Source: a candidate division WWE3 bacterium RIFCSPHIGHO2_01_FULL_40_23
GTDB lineage: Bacteria > Patescibacteriota > WWE3 > UBA101185 > 2-01-FULL-41-18
Reading direction: 5' to 3'
NCBI GenBank assembly: GCA_001772615.1
Contig: MEUZ01000007.1
Span: forward strand, 108,283 to 172,282
DNA length: 64,000 nt
This document shows positions 19,360 to 29,178 of the stretch, one piece after another. Within the stretch, counting starts at the first letter, position 1. Every line of letters begins with the position of its first letter. The position numbers and the translations under genes are program-made. The notes below the pieces were generated by a model. That model did not search any database. It saw nothing but the letters and a program-made list of their open reading frames with translations, and had not been told where the DNA came from.

Positions 19360-20568
19360 TCACCTATTCGGTGCGATGAAAACCGCGATCACTTTCTGCT
19401 TCACGGCCTCCACCTGCTGGTGCAAATTGGCAATTTCCTGCCGCATTGCATCACCACCTTCCACCTCACCCTCAAGGCGCATCAGCTCTTTCACAGCGCT
19501 TTCGCACTGGGTCAGAGCCGCAACGCCCTTAGTGCGGTCACCACCCAAAACGATCTGAACGGTGCCGCCGGGGGCGAGGAGGCTGTCAACGAGCTCTTGG
19601 GCCTCCGTGAGCGCTGTCTGGGTATACGGCGCGAGCTTCGCCTTGACAACGGCGATTTGCTCGGGCGTATACCAGAGCAACCACTCAAGGACGACGAGGT
19701 CCTGCTTTCCAACCACTGTCCGACCGTTGAGCAAGGCGTTAGCCTGCATCACGTCGAACAGACGGCCGAAACGCCGATCGTCGTCCCAAGCCCACTTGAA
19801 GTCCGCCGAAGTGTCATCAACCAGCTCCTGGAGGATATCCAGGGTGGTGTCGATGATCGCCTCGGGGACCTCGACGAACAGACGAGCCTTGCGCAGAACC
19901 TCAACATCCGCCAGGGTTAACTGGGCGACTGCCTGACTCCGCGAGCTTGCGCGGTCGCGGCTGAGCCGAGCCTGCACAAGCTTCTTCTTCCCACCCCGAT
20001 CCAGTGGGTTCACCACAACACGGATGGTCATACGAGACCACACCGCACTAAGGTTTCCTTCCTGATCGGGCAGCTCGTTGCTAGCAGCGAGGAAAGCCAA
20101 TAATGGCGTTCTCACCATCTGGCCTTCATGCCTCACCCCATCGCCTTTAGAGAGATCGAGGAGAGTCTGAAGCACGCTGGCTTCCGACTTCCAGATCTCG
20201 TCGGCGAAGACGATGTGCGCGAGGGCCGCGCGCCCGAGCTGATCACGCGTTCGGATCTGCTTCCCACCATCCGCGGTCGGAACTTCTTCGATCGAGGTTG
20301 ACTCGACCAAAAGCTGTTCCACCGAGACGATGGTCGGCATGAGCGCGTCGTAAAAGACCGCGCCCGAAATCCGACGCACCAACGCCTGGATCGTTCCCGT
20401 CTTGTCAATCCCGGGCGATCCGAGGAAGAAAGCCGGACGACCAGACACGAGGGCAAGCCATGTTGCCCAAACGATATCGCTGCGCTGGATGTGGCTTGCT
20501 TCCACATCAGCGCTGATGTCCCTCACCTTGGGGGCAAGGGCTAAAGCCTCTTTTAGCAAGGCTTCCAT
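19360..20568 (-). CDS. MoxR/RavA-like AAA+ ATPase
   Basis: Walker A GSPGIDKT, Walker B IVFADEIWK, sensor AASNELP, and a DDRR motif matching RavA SDRR. Confidence 0.9.
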   Translation of the reverse strand: MEALLKEALALAPKVRDISADVEASHIQRSDIVWATWLALVSGRPAFFLGSPGIDKTGTIQALVRRISGAVFYDALMPTIVSVEQLLVESTSIEEVPTADGGKQIRTRDQLGRAALAHIVFADEIWKSEASVLQTLLDLSKGDGVRHEGQMVRTPLLAFLAASNELPDQEGNLSAVWSRMTIRVVVNPLDRGGKKKLVQARLSRDRASSRSQAVAQLTLADVEVLRKARLFVEVPEAIIDTTLDILQELVDDTSADFKWAWDDDRRFGRLFDVMQANALLNGRTVVGKQDLVVLEWLLWYTPEQIAVVKAKLAPYTQTALTEAQELVDSLLAPGGTVQIVLGGDRTKGVAALTQCESAVKELMRLEGEVEGGDAMRQEIANLHQQVEAVKQKVIAVFIAPNR

Positions 20569-20753
20569 TTTTCCCCACCTCCTCGGGGGGGTATTCTAAT
20601 AATTGGGATTTGAAAGGTTTCCGGATTTACCGGAAAGAGGGTTTCTCCTCTCTAAAACTAAAACAACTGCGTTGAGTATAAATATTGTTTTAATCTTAGA
20701 GAGAAGGGCCAGCAGAAAGTATCTTTTGAATACATTGCTGACCCAGGCAATCC

Positions 20754-21096
20754 TTATATCTCCTCGAATTCAAAATGAAGCGCTTTAATCCGGCGGAACT
20801 CAACAAACTTGTACCACCGCCCTTTAACGCTCACTTCCCCTTCAGCCGGTGGAACCTGTTGCATTTGGGCCCACAAAGGCTTGACGCCAAGTTCCACGAG
20901 CTTTGCGATCACGGAGAGGGGAGCCCACGACAACGATGTCATCGTAACCACCACTACGAAACCGCACGACGATATCCTCAGCCGATGAAAACGGCTTCGG
21001 ATCCTTCACCACCTCAACCTCACCAAAAATCCGCTTGAGAGCAGAAATCTGAGAGGGGAGGGGCTCATGCTGGGACATCCACAAGATCTTCTTCAT
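20754..21096 (-). pseudogene. Small Rossmann/CARF-like protein with a +1 frameshift near 20925
   Basis: MKKILWMSQHEPLPSQISALKRIFG...DDIVVV joins APLSVIAKLVELG...FEEI when one G is removed. Confidence 0.65.
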
Positions 21097-21281
21097 TTTT
21101 TGGGCCTCCCGTTTCCGATCAGTATAGTTGCTATTTTCCAGCACCAGCTATACCAATCGGTTTTGGCACTTTGGGTTTCGATCCAAGCTCGCCATCTATC
21201 ATGCGAGTCGGTTCTTCGCATCAATCTCCCAGCGAGAATCTTAAACCAAAGTTTTAAGAACTCCCAGAGGACCTCAATCAT
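21093..21281 (-). CDS. Small Trp-rich hypothetical protein
   Basis: 62 aa; GGAGGT RBS; ATGA overlaps with both neighbours. Confidence 0.6.
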   Translation of the reverse strand: MIEVLWEFLKLWFKILAGRLMRRTDSHDRWRAWIETQSAKTDWYSWCWKIATILIGNGRPKK

Positions 21282-21553
21282 TTCTCACCTCCGCGGAGTT
21301 CTTCCACCGCTTTTTTGAAAGCTTCTTCTCCTTCATCGCGACGGATAACTGCCAACCAGCGCGTACCCTTGGCAAAAGTCAGATTCGTCATCTGATCTTT
21401 TCCCATCAAACGCGTATACAAGCCAGCCGCATCAAACGAAGCCGATGGGGATTTGGATCCTGCAATTTCAATCGCCTTCTCAATATCTTTCCCATCGACC
21501 CTTCCCTCCTTATACAGAAGGGTCAAAAACTGGACACCGGTACGAGCATCCAT
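21278..21553 (-). CDS. Hypothetical protein
   Basis: 91 aa, AAGGAG RBS. Confidence 0.7.
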   Translation of the reverse strand: MDARTGVQFLTLLYKEGRVDGKDIEKAIEIAGSKSPSASFDAAGLYTRLMGKDQMTNLTFAKGTRWLAVIRRDEGEEAFKKAVEELRGGEK

Positions 21554-21710
21554 CTTAAATCTCCTTTTTTTAATGGGCCAATATCAATATTAAGAAAAAG
21601 GTTATTCACCTCACAGAATTTTCTATTAACTAAATTGAAATAAAAAACTCTGAGAAAGGCTTAAGAGACTGGATTTACCAAAATCTTAAGCCTATGTGTG
21701 GGTCAGGATC

Positions 21711-22175
21711 TCAAACGGCGTACCGCCCGTCAGAAAGCGTGTACACCAAATCCCTCCTTTCACCAGCTAAACACTTGGCCCCCGCACTCTCCATAATTTC
21801 CGGAGTGAGCTGGACCCAGCCTTCCCCTGGTGAAGAAAGACCGAGGGTTGCCACCTTAAACATCTGGCTGTTCCAGTCTTGCGAAAGCCAGAACGTCCAG
21901 GAAGCGGCCTGATCTTCCGAAACCCACTCGGGAAGATCGAGCCGAAAGCCAGCAATCGCGGTTACGGCGATCATTGGCTCTATTCTCCCCTCCTCCCCAA
22001 ACCGGAAACCATGTGTTTCCTGGTAAGGTGGGGAAGGGTTTACCTCCCAACTCCCGTCGATGAAAGCGACAACGTCGCCCACGACGAGAGCTCCTTCTCT
22101 GCCTTCGACAGACAGAGCACGGACCGATGATCCGAGCTGCTGCCACTCAACGGCAGACGGGTATCTGATCTTCAT
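21711..22175 (-). CDS. Hypothetical protein
   Basis: 154 aa, AAGGAG RBS. Confidence 0.7.
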   Translation of the reverse strand: MKIRYPSAVEWQQLGSSVRALSVEGREGALVVGDVVAFIDGSWEVNPSPPYQETHGFRFGEEGRIEPMIAVTAIAGFRLDLPEWVSEDQAASWTFWLSQDWNSQMFKVATLGLSSPGEGWVQLTPEIMESAGAKCLAGERRDLVYTLSDGRYAV

Positions 22176-22387
22176 CTCAACACTCCTTTGTTTCCCGTCG
22201 GGCTCAAGGCCTTAATGGGATGTTGTTGAATGATTTCTTCTTTGAGCTTTCGCTCTCAAAATCTTCCATTAGATTGCTTCGCTACGCCTGCCTGCCGGCA
22301 GGCAGGCTCGCAATGACTTTAAACCAGGTCATTGCGAGGCTACAAAGTAGCCGAAGCAATCTTGAGTAAATGGAAAACTTTAAGAGC

Positions 22388-22450
22388 GAGCCGACAGAAG
22401 AAGTACAAAGTACATTCCAAATTCTGTCGGCTCTAAGAGATAAATTGCTT
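22388..22450 (-). promoter_or_regulatory. Conserved intergenic hairpin, copy 2
   Basis: AAGCAAT...GAGCCGACAG...CTGTCGGCTC. Confidence 0.7.
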
Positions 22451-22585
22451 TGTTGGTTTGATTTCTAATCGACGTTAGCGCGTCGTCAGGCTCAAACCTT
22501 CCTAAAAGCCTTTGGTTTCGGGTTCGGGTTAGAAGATCCAGGAATTAAGTCTCTCCCTTTTCTTCACCCCCGATTCCATTTTACT

Positions 22586-23851
22586 TTAAAGCGGAAACGG
22601 AATCACACTCCCAACAGGAACCTGGCTATCGTTTGAAAAAACAACGACAGCAGGCCCATGGCTGGGGTGAAGTTCGCTCCACTTTTTCCCGCTGACGGTG
22701 CGGGAAGACTCCCCAGGTTCAAATACAGCAACCCAGGAAGTTCCAGATTTGGTGTAGGACCTGGCGATAGCGCCGGTTAGCCACCGTGGCGCCTTGCCCG
22801 AAATCACTATACCCTTCTCCGTTTTCACGGAGGGCGGGATCACCAAGGGCAAATTCTTTACATCAAAAATCTGCCCGGGGATGCCAAACTCGACAAGAGT
22901 ATGATCATCCCTCTCCTCAACCCGCCAGTTGAGAAGTTGGCTGCCCTCACCCTGCGGTTCAACCTCCGGTATTCCTACATAACCCCAAGCTACCTTGGGA
23001 TCATAATAGAATACCTTCGTTGACTTTAGCCCGCAGGCGAGGGCATGGTATGGGGCTCCAAGCGGCGTGTTTCCCCAGAGGCACACCTTGCTTTGGCCGG
23101 CAACCTTTGCCGATACCATTGCAAGTAGCCCGGGGAGAACCGCCGGGAGCCAATCCCGATCCGATCCGCCATTTCGGACAGGGAGATTCAGACCCTCAGC
23201 CAGTCGCGGAAAGTTCACATCCGCAAGCTCGGACCCATCGGTCCAAGGCTCTGGCTGACCCGCAAGCTTTATTAAAAGCTCGGCCACCGCGCGGGCAGTC
23301 GGTGACCCAATCGGTGGCGTTTCCCGCTCAAGCCTCGTAATTCTGGCTTTGAGTGGAGCCCCCGTCTCAAACACCTCGTCCTCGGCCCCGACCAGAACCG
23401 ACTCCAGAATCGCCAAGGGTTTTACCCCAAGGCGCCCCGCTTCGGAAATCCAAGTCGGAACCACCTCGTCATATTTCGGCGACGCAATCACCAGAAGGTA
23501 ATCGCACCCCGAAAGAATGCGCTCGTTTTGGGAAGTCAGTTTAACCCCTGTCGGGGAAAACCTCCCTTCCACATCGAGCAACATCCCGCCAAGGTCGACG
23601 AGAGTCACGGGCATTCGGGAGTTGCGAACCGAGTCAACGACCCAGTCCACAAACCCATCAAGAAACTTGCCCTTGCGGCGAACCGCCTTGACAAGTTCCG
23701 GGTCCGCTTCAAAGCTCCAGCCGGTGATGCCCTCACCGTCAGGAGCCGCCTCAACGACGACAAAACTATCGCGAGGCAGAAGGGTCCGAAGCAGACCCAT
23801 GAGAACAGTCTTCCCCGAGTGGGGAGGACCGCCGATGGCCACTTTGACCAT
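22586..23851 (-). CDS. csx3: P-loop NTPase fused to Csx3 (Crn3 ring-nuclease-like) domain(s)
   Basis: GGAGG RBS before MVKVAIGGPPHSGKT; AAPDGEG and LVDLGG; C-terminal GIVISGKAPRWL...WVAVFEP...AVVVFS...VGSVIP matches the Csx3 pattern. Confidence 0.8.
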   Translation of the reverse strand: MVKVAIGGPPHSGKTVLMGLLRTLLPRDSFVVVEAAPDGEGITGWSFEADPELVKAVRRKGKFLDGFVDWVVDSVRNSRMPVTLVDLGGMLLDVEGRFSPTGVKLTSQNERILSGCDYLLVIASPKYDEVVPTWISEAGRLGVKPLAILESVLVGAEDEVFETGAPLKARITRLERETPPIGSPTARAVAELLIKLAGQPEPWTDGSELADVNFPRLAEGLNLPVRNGGSDRDWLPAVLPGLLAMVSAKVAGQSKVCLWGNTPLGAPYHALACGLKSTKVFYYDPKVAWGYVGIPEVEPQGEGSQLLNWRVEERDDHTLVEFGIPGQIFDVKNLPLVIPPSVKTEKGIVISGKAPRWLTGAIARSYTKSGTSWVAVFEPGESSRTVSGKKWSELHPSHGPAVVVFSNDSQVPVGSVIPFPL

Positions 23852-24124
23852 TTCCTCCTCCTTTTGGGGAGATAATCGAAGGGCGAATTCCCTTCTTAAC
23901 ATTTTGTTTAGTAAGTTTGATCAGCGTTAACTTACATCCGGTTAGTCTTCCGGAGAGCGCGGCAGTTGCGGAAAGAAAACCTGCTCAAGGTTAACTTTCC
24001 GTCCCTAATTCAAGTATGGCTGGGCTGACCCTTCCATTGTTTCATGAAGATTAAACTGCATCTCCACTACTCCATTCGATATTGCTATCGAAACTTAATT
24101 TGACAATCAGGGATTTGTAAAAAA

Positions 24125-25009
24125 CTAGGCCTTGGTCTCGCAGGTGGCCGAGGTGATGGCCAGGCGGAAAACCTGCCCACCTGGGAAGGCCACCGAGATG
24201 GTGCCCTCGCCGGCCTCGACCGAAACGCCATACGTACCGAGCTCGCTCGCCAATTGGCGAAGAGTCCCGGCGGTGGCGTCCGACTGCCACTTGGCAGTCA
24301 TGTTCGTGCCCCACAGGCGCATGTCCTGGGGGTCCACGATCTCACCAACGTGGAACGCCTTGTCGGCGCCACTGGCGAGGCGGATGGTCCGCGGCCAGCT
24401 CTCCGAAAGGCCGTGAATCGTCGCGGCTTGGAGAGCCGCGGCAAGACCGGCGCCCGCGGGGAGGTATAAAACCCGCCGCGAGGCCCAGTCGGCCTTGGTC
24501 AAACCGGTTGCGATCAGCCGGTCGACCATACCCTTGGTCGGGTCGGCCCAGTCGATTTGGCCGACGTTCGCGTCAATGGCGCGAATTTCCTCGACCGCCA
24601 CGTCGAGGATTTGGGCAAGCTCCCCAAGCTGCCCAGCGCTCATCCCCCGCCCGGACCCGTCCAAGACGGTGTAGCCGAGAAACGCTTCCCCTTGGGGGAC
24701 ATCACCGCGGCGACTGCGGACCGCCTGATGGCGGTAGCCACCGAGGTCCAAAACCCCCACCCGCTCGGCCTTTTGGCCGATCGAGTACAACGTCAGCGTC
24801 GGCAGTCCGCTGACCATTTCCAACCCCGCCGTGGCCAAAATGGCCGCCACGGCCTGCCCGGGAAGCGCGACCTCGCCCGCGGTCCGAAGACCGGGGCCGG
24901 CGGACTCCAAAATCTTTTGGACCTGGGCCAAAAAGTTCTGGCCAAAGTCCAGGGTTGCCGGCACGACCACGTCGGCCGGCAGGGCCAGATGAAACGAAAA
25001 TTTGGTCAT
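24125..25009 (-). CDS. Tandem Csx15-like (CARF-related) domain protein
   Basis: Two repeats of the Csx15 pattern: LDFGQNFLAQV...VLDLGGYRHQAVRSRR and GLTKADW...LPAG..AA...IHG...WP..IRL...FHVGEIVDPQDMR. Recognised from memory of the family, not by search. Confidence 0.65.
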   Translation of the reverse strand: MTKFSFHLALPADVVVPATLDFGQNFLAQVQKILESAGPGLRTAGEVALPGQAVAAILATAGLEMVSGLPTLTLYSIGQKAERVGVLDLGGYRHQAVRSRRGDVPQGEAFLGYTVLDGSGRGMSAGQLGELAQILDVAVEEIRAIDANVGQIDWADPTKGMVDRLIATGLTKADWASRRVLYLPAGAGLAAALQAATIHGLSESWPRTIRLASGADKAFHVGEIVDPQDMRLWGTNMTAKWQSDATAGTLRQLASELGTYGVSVEAGEGTISVAFPGGQVFRLAITSATCETKA

Positions 25010-26018
25010 GAGATTTCTCCTTTCTTCCTAGCCAACACTAATCCTTCCTGTTTTGTTTAAATCCCTCGGACGAAGCTATCCTTGGAAACAGAAAGGTTGA
25101 TAAATCCTGAATCTGCTCCAACTAAATTTTTGCCGTCACAAAAATCCGGTTGGAGAAAATCCAACGAATATACCCAATCCTTTAGTTTTTATTTCTAATC
25201 TGAACTTATGAACGTCATCCTGAACTCGATTCAGGATCTAGATCCTGACTTGCGTCAGGATGACAATTAGTAAGGACTTTTCAGAATGGGAACTTAAAAT
25301 GAAATTTCCAATCCGCAGAGCTCTTGCCAGCCATGCGACTTTAACTCAAAGTTAGAAGCCCACGCACCTTTAGTTGCGAGATACGGATTGGAATAAGAAA
25401 TGATTGCTGCCGTCTTCTCCGGAGTTAATTATTTTGATTACTCCAAAGAAAACCGGTCATAGGCAAATATTTTCCAAAGGGTATCTTTGGCCTTTTGTAA
25501 TTCCCGCCGCGAATACCACTGGAGGTTTCGCCTTTGCCATTTGTAGTGGCGGGAAGCTCAAGGATTTTATTAGTCTCGTCCGGGTTTCTCTATCCTCTTT
25601 GAGGTTCCACCGGGCGCCTTCGGCATTTCACAACAGCTTTTTTCAACTTATGAAGAGATACTTCACAAGTACTGTTGGATATTTGGGGCCGATTAGGTTG
25701 CATGCTTTTATGCATGGGGTATCCCAAACCCCGGGTGACTTGTTTTTAACCTTACCTGGGTCGATTCACCATTTCCCAGTACCAATACTTATCGCTTTTT
25801 AGGCGCCTTGGCAGGGCTATGCAATTTTAACGAAGGCATATCCTTCGGATAATCTATTTCGTGATTATCAATGTACGGGATTTACCCATCCTTGCGGATT
25901 GGGTTTCCTCTAATCGCCGGATCCTTCGGACCTGCCCACTGAAAAGTGGACTTGTCCTCCGTAGCCTTGGCGAAGGAGGATGAGTGACAAAGCCTAAATC
26001 CCTTCAGGCTTCGGGGGG

Positions 26019-26258
26019 CTAGTCGGCATGCATGACCTCTTCATGCACCCGGATCGCTTCCGCGATCAGGGCGTTGAAGTCGGTCGCCGGGTCCACGTGA
26101 AAAACCTGCACATAGACCGTAGGGCGGCCCTCTTTGACTGGATAAACCAGTCGGAAGGCCCCAACCTCGGCTACCCGATTCCCCCCATCAAATACCACCA
26201 CATTGTGGAGGTACTCCCCAGTCCGGTAGTTCCGGACGGGGACAAAGCTAAGACTCAT
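26019..26258 (-). CDS. Hypothetical protein
   Basis: GGAGG RBS before MSLSFVPVRNY; 79 aa. Confidence 0.65.
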   Translation of the reverse strand: MSLSFVPVRNYRTGEYLHNVVVFDGGNRVAEVGAFRLVYPVKEGRPTVYVQVFHVDPATDFNALIAEAIRVHEEVMHAD

Positions 26259-26531
26259 CTTCAACCCTCCTTTCCTGCTCAAGGCTCATCCGCCTATGGC
26301 GGACGGTTGCGATTACTTAAATCGCAAGGAGCATGCCCACCCAGTGGACGAAGGAAGAAAATGAGTAATTGCCCACCCGATTTTGATAAGCAAATACTCA
26401 TCTTCTTTACTAAACTCTTGCTTTCAAAATTTTCTATAAGATTGCTTCGCTCCGCTCGCAATGACGTTAAACTAGGTCATAGCGAGGCTACAAAGTAGCT
26501 GAAGCTTGAATAAATAAAAAACTTTGAAAGT

Positions 26532-26587
26532 GAGCCGACGGCAGGAATAGTACCTGTAGTTTACATCGGCTCAGAGATTTATTGCTT
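26532..26587 (-). promoter_or_regulatory. Conserved intergenic hairpin, copy 3
   Basis: AAGCAAT...GAGCCGA...GTCGGCTC. Confidence 0.7.
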
Positions 26588-26969
26588 GCCATTTTCCCTT
26601 CAACCGTTACCGGATGTCGGGCACAACCCAATAGATTAACTTAAGTTTTGATCTCGCCTAAGATCTCACTTAAGAGCCGTTTCCTTTTTCATCACTCCGC
26701 GCGGTCCCCAGGGTAAGGTCTTAACCCGTAACCGCTTTGCGCTCATGCTTATCCCTCCGTCTCTATCAGGCGTTCAGGAGGTGCTCATCAGCCGCATGAG
26801 ATCGGTCCGTTCCGTTTGCTCTTCAAGGCTCTCCCTAAAGGAAAGCTCAAACGGAACTTTCCTCAGGGAGCCTCTTCACAAGAAACGAAGAGACCGTTCG
26901 CCTTAACCGGTTTTTCGCACATGGTGCCATGTTTCCGGAAAGGCAGGGTTTGCTGATAACCCTTTCACA

Positions 26970-27401
26970 CTAGGCGCGGGCGTGAAGGGCCTTGTGGACC
27001 TTCTGCCGCGCCTTCCGGCTTCCCCCTCCGCCGTACAACGCCCCCTTCTGCCCGGGAGCGCCCTGGGCTTTCCGGGAGTCCTGGGCCCGGGCGGCCTGCC
27101 GAGCCGCGCGAGCGCTCTCGCGGGCCGCGTTGAGGGCCCTCGCCTCGGGACTCCCAGGGGCTGGGCGGCGGGCTACCGCGGCGGACGCTTGTCGGCGCCC
27201 GAGTTCCCCTGCCGCTTTGCGAGCGGCCTCCTCCCCCCTGAACTTCTCCCAGGCCTCATCGGCCTGGACCTTCACCGTGCGGAAAGCACGGCACGCACGG
27301 TCGCAAAAGCTCTGCGACCTTGAGCTCCCCCACGTCGGGGGGAAAACGACCGTGGCGGTCGCGAGGGCTTTCGCCCCGCAACCGCAGTTAATAATATTCA
27401 T
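26970..27401 (-). CDS. Basic Arg/Ala-rich protein with N-terminal Cys cluster
   Basis: AAGGAG RBS; CGCG...CDRAC; very GC-rich; first gene of the minus-strand unit. Confidence 0.65.
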   Translation of the reverse strand: MNIINCGCGAKALATATVVFPPTWGSSRSQSFCDRACRAFRTVKVQADEAWEKFRGEEAARKAAGELGRRQASAAVARRPAPGSPEARALNAARESARAARQAARAQDSRKAQGAPGQKGALYGGGGSRKARQKVHKALHARA

Positions 27402-27664
27402 TTTTTACTTCTCCTTTTTGATTTATTTTTCCGTTCAAAGATTCCTTCCTTAAAAGAAATCCTCCAAAGGCAAAACAACTCTTTGGAGAAATATGTCATC
27501 GCGAACGAAGTGAAGCGATCTCTTCAGATTGCTTCTCCGCTTCTGACAGTTGGCGGATAGTGGATCGCAATGACTCAAGGAGGATAGGTTTTGGGGAGAA
27601 GGCAGGCTTACGAAAAACCTCACCCTCTCCCCTAACCTCAAAATACAAATTTCAAGTAATAGTT

Positions 27665-27683
27665 TATTCAATTGTCAAAGTGC
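27665..27683 (-). promoter_or_regulatory. boxA-like antitermination site
   Basis: GCACTTTGACAATTGAATA resembles rrn-type boxA sequences. Confidence 0.55.
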
Positions 27684-29178
27684 TTTTGGGCCGTTATGAA
27701 AGTGTTAAAATACTAAATGAGTCAATAACGCAATCAAAAAACCCAAAAACGTACACAAAGCATTAATAAATGGATCAATACTTTGTCCAGTTTGGAGGCC
27801 CTACCACCTCCATCCTGGATAAAAGTCAACTACTTTTCATTTGGTAGGTTTAGTAATTGACCCTTCTTGATTGACAAGTCTCTTGTCAATCAAGAAGTTG
27901 ATTCATCGTTTACGGGTTCTGTCATTCCGGCGAAAGCCTGTCATCCTGACGTAAGTCAGGATCTAGATCCCGGGTCAAGCCCGGGATGACAAGGATCCAG
28001 TCCTGTACGACATAAAGTCAGCTCAGGATGACTTAAAAAATTTAAATTTGGCTTAGGAAAATGAAGGTAGGGTTAAGTCTCTCCCCTAACTTCAATCCTA
28101 TTCATCCTAATCTGAACCTCCTTTTAAGAGGTTCAGTTAAGATCCAAACTGTGAGGAGTAATCCTCACGCTTGGGTTCTCTCCCCTCGTACCAAACATGA
28201 ATTTATTGGCAGGTTACGAAGGTAGGTTTCAGGCTTTAGCCTGATTCGTAAACAAATTAATGTTTACTACTTGTTTATAGTCCGCGCGGATTACTCCGGG
28301 CTAAGACTCCTTCAGTTTCAGCTTGAGATTGCTTCTCCCTCAACATCCACCTGCCTCAGGCAGGAGCTCGGGATCGCAATGACGTACTGAAAGCAAAGAA
28401 CTTTAGCCCTGCTTCGCCCTTCGGGCTACACAGGACTTAAGAAACTGTATTTTCGCCAATGGCGAAAACAGTTTCTAAAGCAATCAATCTCTCGTATTAG
28501 AGGCCACCCTTTCCACCGGTTGGCGGACCAGATTCCTCAAGCATTTCCGGCAAAGCCGGTACTAATAAGCTTATTTACTCGCGGTAGGAGGCTAAATTTA
28601 CTGTCGGTGTTGGGATATACCCAAAACAGGCTCAAAGAGCGTAAACAAGCCAAGCTTTCAATAAACTACAGGTCTTGTCATACTTTTTCGCTAATTTACC
28701 GATACTTATAGGACAAGCCTTTAAACTGCGTGCTTTGTTATTTACCCTACTCCGTCCGCCTGTCGGCTGACTACGCAGGGCTTAAGAGCTCCCAATCTGC
28801 TTCGCAGGAAGAAGCCTCTAAAGCAGGCATAAATCTATCTGCACGGTCGGTAGGACCTTAAAAATCTCTCCCCTTTCAAGGCAGGTTAAACCTCCTAAAT
28901 ATCGGGTGTTTTCAAGTATTTCCGTGCCATGTAGACAGATCTCTACCTGCTATTTCTCTCATTGTCATATAACTATAGGTTCTTCTAATCCGGTTACCCT
29001 TAAAGGCCAACAGGACAAGACAAAGCTTTAGCCTTCTAACCCAAGTTATAGGCAACAAAAAAGCCAGGATCTAAGGAAAAGACTTTTCCCTAAATCCCGG
29101 CTTTCTATGAGAGTTACAAGCTTTGGTAGGCTTTAACTTAAGCACAAAGGATATGGTAGGTCTCTCCCTTCACTTAAT

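Noticed and set aside
25404-25802. 132-aa plus-strand ORF
   Set aside because: TTG start without RBS, antisense to the island and no motif; probably spurious.
26845-26868. RNase P RNA (GAGGAAAGUUCC on the minus strand)
   Set aside because: The complementary 3' conserved region (ACAGAA..CGGCUUA) is not found downstream, and the GUUCC pairs locally instead.
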